DNA of 64,000 nucleotides from an uncultured Gammaproteobacteria bacterium (GTDB lineage Bacteria; Patescibacteriota; Microgenomatia; Levybacterales; GWA1-39-11): NCBI GenBank assembly GCA_964504535.1, contig CAZDED010000001.1, positions 37,804 to 101,803 of the forward strand, read 5' to 3'. Shown piece by piece: positions 61,736 to 64,000 of this stretch (position 1 is its first letter; each line of letters starts with the position of its first letter). The notes under the pieces were generated by a model. It saw only the letters and a program-made list of their open reading frames with translations, ran no database searches and was not told where the DNA came from. The position numbers and the translations under genes were made by a program.

Positions 61736-61982
61736 AATTATGAAAATTTCAATTTTTGAAATAATCTTGAGGTTAGGGGTGTAAAGCTTAAACTCATAGT
61801 ATTTGATTTTATTTATCTCCAATTATATAATACCATCACGTTTTTATTCCAAACCAAGAGTTTTATCTGCTTAAAACATTCACGTTCGGAAATAAAACCA
61901 ACGCACCTTGAAATCATATTCTTGCAAGATCAAACTTATTGATCGCAGTCTCGCCGAAGCTTTAACGGAGGCGGATACTAGT

Positions 61983-62028
61983 TTTCGCTCGCTGAGAAGA
62001 GAATCTCTTGTCTTCTGAGCGAGCGAAA
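61983..62028. promoter_or_regulatory. long imperfect inverted repeat (18-bp arms, 10-nt spacer) immediately upstream of the alpha-CTD-like gene
   Basis: TTTCGCTCGCTGAGAAGA gaatctcttg TCTTCTGAGCGAGCGAAA; 17/18 complementary positions. Confidence 0.5.
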
Positions 62029-62060
62029 GCTTATAAAATTACGCCTAAGGAGAAAAATTG

Positions 62061-62390
62061 ATGACAATCCAATTGGAAGGCACTTCCATCGGAGAGTTGG
62101 GCTTCTCCAACCGGGTGTACAACACCCTGAAGAGAAACGGCATTCCGACTGTGGAGATTCTTCTCACAAAATCCAAAAAGGAGTTGATGGAACTTCGTAA
62201 TTTCGGAAAAAAGTGCTATGCTGAAGTGCATGGACTTCTGTCCGAACTGGAGCTGATCGACCACAACGAGGAAGACATTATCCTCATGCCCGAAGTCCTG
62301 AAGCGCAACACTGAGGGTGGGCACAGGTTGCAACTCTATATCCTGTCTCAAGCACTGAAAAGGGTAGCCCGCTACGGAGACTCTTCATAA
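62061..62390 (+). CDS. standalone RNA-polymerase-alpha C-terminal-domain (alpha-CTD, HhH)-like protein
   Basis: IGELGFSNRVYNTLKRNGIPTVEILLTKSKKELMELRNFGKKCYAEVHGLLSELEL follows the RpoA alpha-CTD pattern (L.LS.R..N.LK...I.T...L...SE.EL....N.GKKSL.E....L...GL); SD AAGGAG 8 nt upstream; lies in a locally high-G+C segment. Confidence 0.65.
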   Translation: MTIQLEGTSIGELGFSNRVYNTLKRNGIPTVEILLTKSKKELMELRNFGKKCYAEVHGLLSELELIDHNEEDIILMPEVLKRNTEGGHRLQLYILSQALKRVARYGDSS

Positions 62391-62440
62391 CTAACGACCT
62401 GTTCGGGGCAACCCGGACCCAAAACGCTGAGGACGCACAA

Positions 62441-62881
62441 TTGAAGAAGATTCTAGTTCTGATCCTGGTCATCGTGGCCACATTCTTCACCGCTTGCGGC
62501 GATGGGTCTGATGAAAGCCCCAAGCCAACCTCCAATGGTTGGCTTACAGCCTTTGCCGTGATAGGTGAGGACAACAACTTCCCCTCAGTCGATGAATCCT
62601 GCTGGGACTGGTTTCCAGAAGGCGATGGCGTCTTTTGGATGATCACCAACGGCAGCAGTGGACAAGCCCTGACCTTTCCATTCCGAAGCGTAGAAAAGGG
62701 GAGTGCACTCATCGAAGAACTGGGCAGGATCAAAAACGGAGATGTGGTTTACGTAAAGAACACAAACGGTATCCAACCCATCTTCAAGATCATCGAGATC
62801 GACCCTGTCAAAGGAGGCGTAAGAGTAGCCCCTACAGGCAACGCCACAGGCAACTGCAAGCCAACTGGGTCGACCGCCTGA
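62441..62881 (+). CDS. putative lipoprotein
   Basis: Signal peptide MKKILVLILVIVATFFTAC with lipobox-like TAC; high-G+C segment. Confidence 0.5.
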   Translation: MKKILVLILVIVATFFTACGDGSDESPKPTSNGWLTAFAVIGEDNNFPSVDESCWDWFPEGDGVFWMITNGSSGQALTFPFRSVEKGSALIEELGRIKNGDVVYVKNTNGIQPIFKIIEIDPVKGGVRVAPTGNATGNCKPTGSTA

Positions 62882-62978
62882 CAAGATCAGGCAAGAATGT
62901 GACAGCGTAACCGCTGCAAGGTGTACCCGGGGGAGGCAAGGATCGAGTTTGACTCGACGTCCTTTCTTCCCCCATACA

Positions 62979-63548
62979 CTAAATTGGGCGGGCAAATACA
63001 AGTAACCGCTTCAGTGCAGTCCCTACCGGAGTACACGTTTGAAGAATTAATATATCCCCCTGATCCTCTTTTAAATACTTCACTTCATTTGGCCAAACTG
63101 TTTTTTTATCATAGACCTTGTACCTATATTCTTTCCCATCTTTTCTAACTATAATAATGTTCCCCTTTTTAACAAAATCCAATCTAAAAAATGCGGTGTT
63201 ATAACGAGTTATTCTCCATGGAACATCTGATGAGTGGGCAAAAAAATACATGCTGCCTTTTTGACCAGGCAGACTCGTTCCTTTTGCTTGTGCTACCCCA
63301 TTTTTTAACTTTTCAATATACTCTTGCTGATTGAAAGGATCAACATTTGCAATAACTGGTGAAAAAACCTTTATTGAGGGGATTTCTATAGAAAACCCAG
63401 CACTTTTCTTCTGCGCTTCCGTAAAGTGAGGTGGAAAGAAAAATTCTTTCAGAACTGGGTAATAAATAAACAAAATCCCCAGCAAAGAAATTGCGATTAG
63501 AATATTTCCAATTTTTTTTCTCATAGATAAACCGTATTTTACCATCAA
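62979..63548 (-). CDS. sortase family transpeptidase (second copy)
   Basis: N-terminal TM; SMYFFAHSS (His) and ILILQTCTP (TLxTC) motifs; start may be the internal ATG at 63524. Confidence 0.75.
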   Translation of the reverse strand: MMVKYGLSMRKKIGNILIAISLLGILFIYYPVLKEFFFPPHFTEAQKKSAGFSIEIPSIKVFSPVIANVDPFNQQEYIEKLKNGVAQAKGTSLPGQKGSMYFFAHSSDVPWRITRYNTAFFRLDFVKKGNIIIVRKDGKEYRYKVYDKKTVWPNEVKYLKEDQGDILILQTCTPVGTALKRLLVFARPI

Positions 63549-63584
63549 AAAACCCCTTTCGGGGTTTTGAGTTTAAGGCTACTC

Positions 63585-64000
63585 TTATACTCTTGATGGA
63601 GGTGCATTAGCTCCATGGAAACGCAGATACAGCCCGGAAATGAACATGAAGAAGAATATAAGTGTTGCAAAGAGTGACCATGGGATGGTGCTTCCTGTCA
63701 TTGGAAGTACATTTCCTGGTGTACCATTTGAAGACCCTGAAGATGAGCTTCCGCTTGATCCTTGAACATAAGATGTTCCAGGAGTTGGAGTTGAAGGAGT
63801 GGTTGGAGGCTCAGGATTTTCAGGCTTGCTACAGTCGCATGCAATCTCAAAAAAGCTGCTGTTGATATTCTCATTGTTGATTGTAACACTATTTACAATA
63901 CCGCCCGTTACAATTGCGCTATCCCCAAGATTACCCAATGTTGTGTTTCCTCCAGTATTCAGGTTATTTTCTACATTGTTAGTAATTGAAGCCAAGTTTG
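63585..64000 (-). CDS. LPXTG cell-wall-anchored N/T/G/S-rich surface protein, 5' end (N-terminus) outside the window
   Basis: C-terminal LPMTG + hydrophobic segment SLFATLIFFFMFISGLYL + basic tail RFHGANAPPSR; composition resembles the 61070 gene product; no signal peptide within the window, so the N-terminus is probably truncated. Confidence 0.7.
   Translation of the reverse strand, partial: NLASITNNVENNLNTGGNTTLGNLGDSAIVTGGIVNSVTINNENINSSFFEIACDCSKPENPEPPTTPSTPTPGTSYVQGSSGSSSSGSSNGTPGNVLPMTGSTIPWSLFATLIFFFMFISGLYLRFHGANAPPSRV

Noticed and set aside
62284-63001. Minus-strand ORFs 62284..62733 and 62585..63001 and plus-strand 62635..62910 in the high-G+C segment
   Set aside because: High G+C generates long open frames in all phases; the plus-strand alpha-CTD-like and lipoprotein frames have SD sequences and recognisable features, these do not.
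62900-63010. GC-rich non-coding stretch with a small hairpin (tcgag-tttga-ctcga), considered as a possible tRNA/att site
   Set aside because: No cloverleaf; no 7-nt T-loop (GTTCRANYC) or acceptor/anticodon arms could be built; treated as the right boundary of the high-G+C cassette only.
1-64000. CRISPR arrays, rRNA or tRNA genes
   Set aside because: No regularly spaced direct repeats with unique spacers, and no rRNA/tRNA-like conserved blocks were recognised by eye in any intergenic region.

Overview
This 64-kb window looks like a low-G+C bacterial chromosome segment using the standard genetic code, with most genes on the minus strand. The core is a conserved information-processing backbone: rpoB-rpoC-rpsL-rpsG-fusA, nusA-infB-(DHH-like)-rpsO-pnp, RNase J, FtsK, GMP synthase, AlaRS, MurB, MltG, endonuclease III and a second HhH-GPD glycosylase. 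Several of these are unusually compact (AlaRS 631 aa, IF-2 about 485 aa, NusA without C-terminal repeats) or carry low-complexity tails (acidic tails on both RpoB and RpoC, an RGG tail on PNPase). Together with Gram-positive-type envelope genes (two sortases, an LPXTG protein, an Rpf-like transglycosylase, YvcK, a lamin-tail-domain protein), this suggests a reduced-genome, Patescibacteria/CPR-like or other Gram-positive-like lineage; that placement is inference only. The accessory content is more unusual:

- A two-subunit ATP-citrate lyase (aclB/aclA) sits next to a four-helix-bundle (23S-IVS-type) protein gene. Every gene in that block is bracketed by members of an AT-rich palindromic repeat family.
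- About 130 bp of the fusA 3' end is duplicated 1 kb away, bracketing a translationally coupled two-gene cassette of unknown function. tuf is absent from its usual position after fusA.
- A protein with a C-terminal PARP/diphtheria-toxin-like (H-Y-E class) ADP-ribosyltransferase signature is coupled by an ATGA overlap to an unannotated 55-aa ORF.
- A roughly 1-kb segment of clearly higher G+C encodes a standalone RNA polymerase alpha-CTD-like protein and a lipoprotein, preceded by a long hairpin.
- A Lon-type AAA+ module has no protease domain.
- There is a class-II Fic protein.
- There is a poxvirus-type topoisomerase IB.
- There is a sortase/LPXTG pair plus an N/T/G-rich secreted paralog.

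No rRNA, tRNA or CRISPR arrays were recognised.
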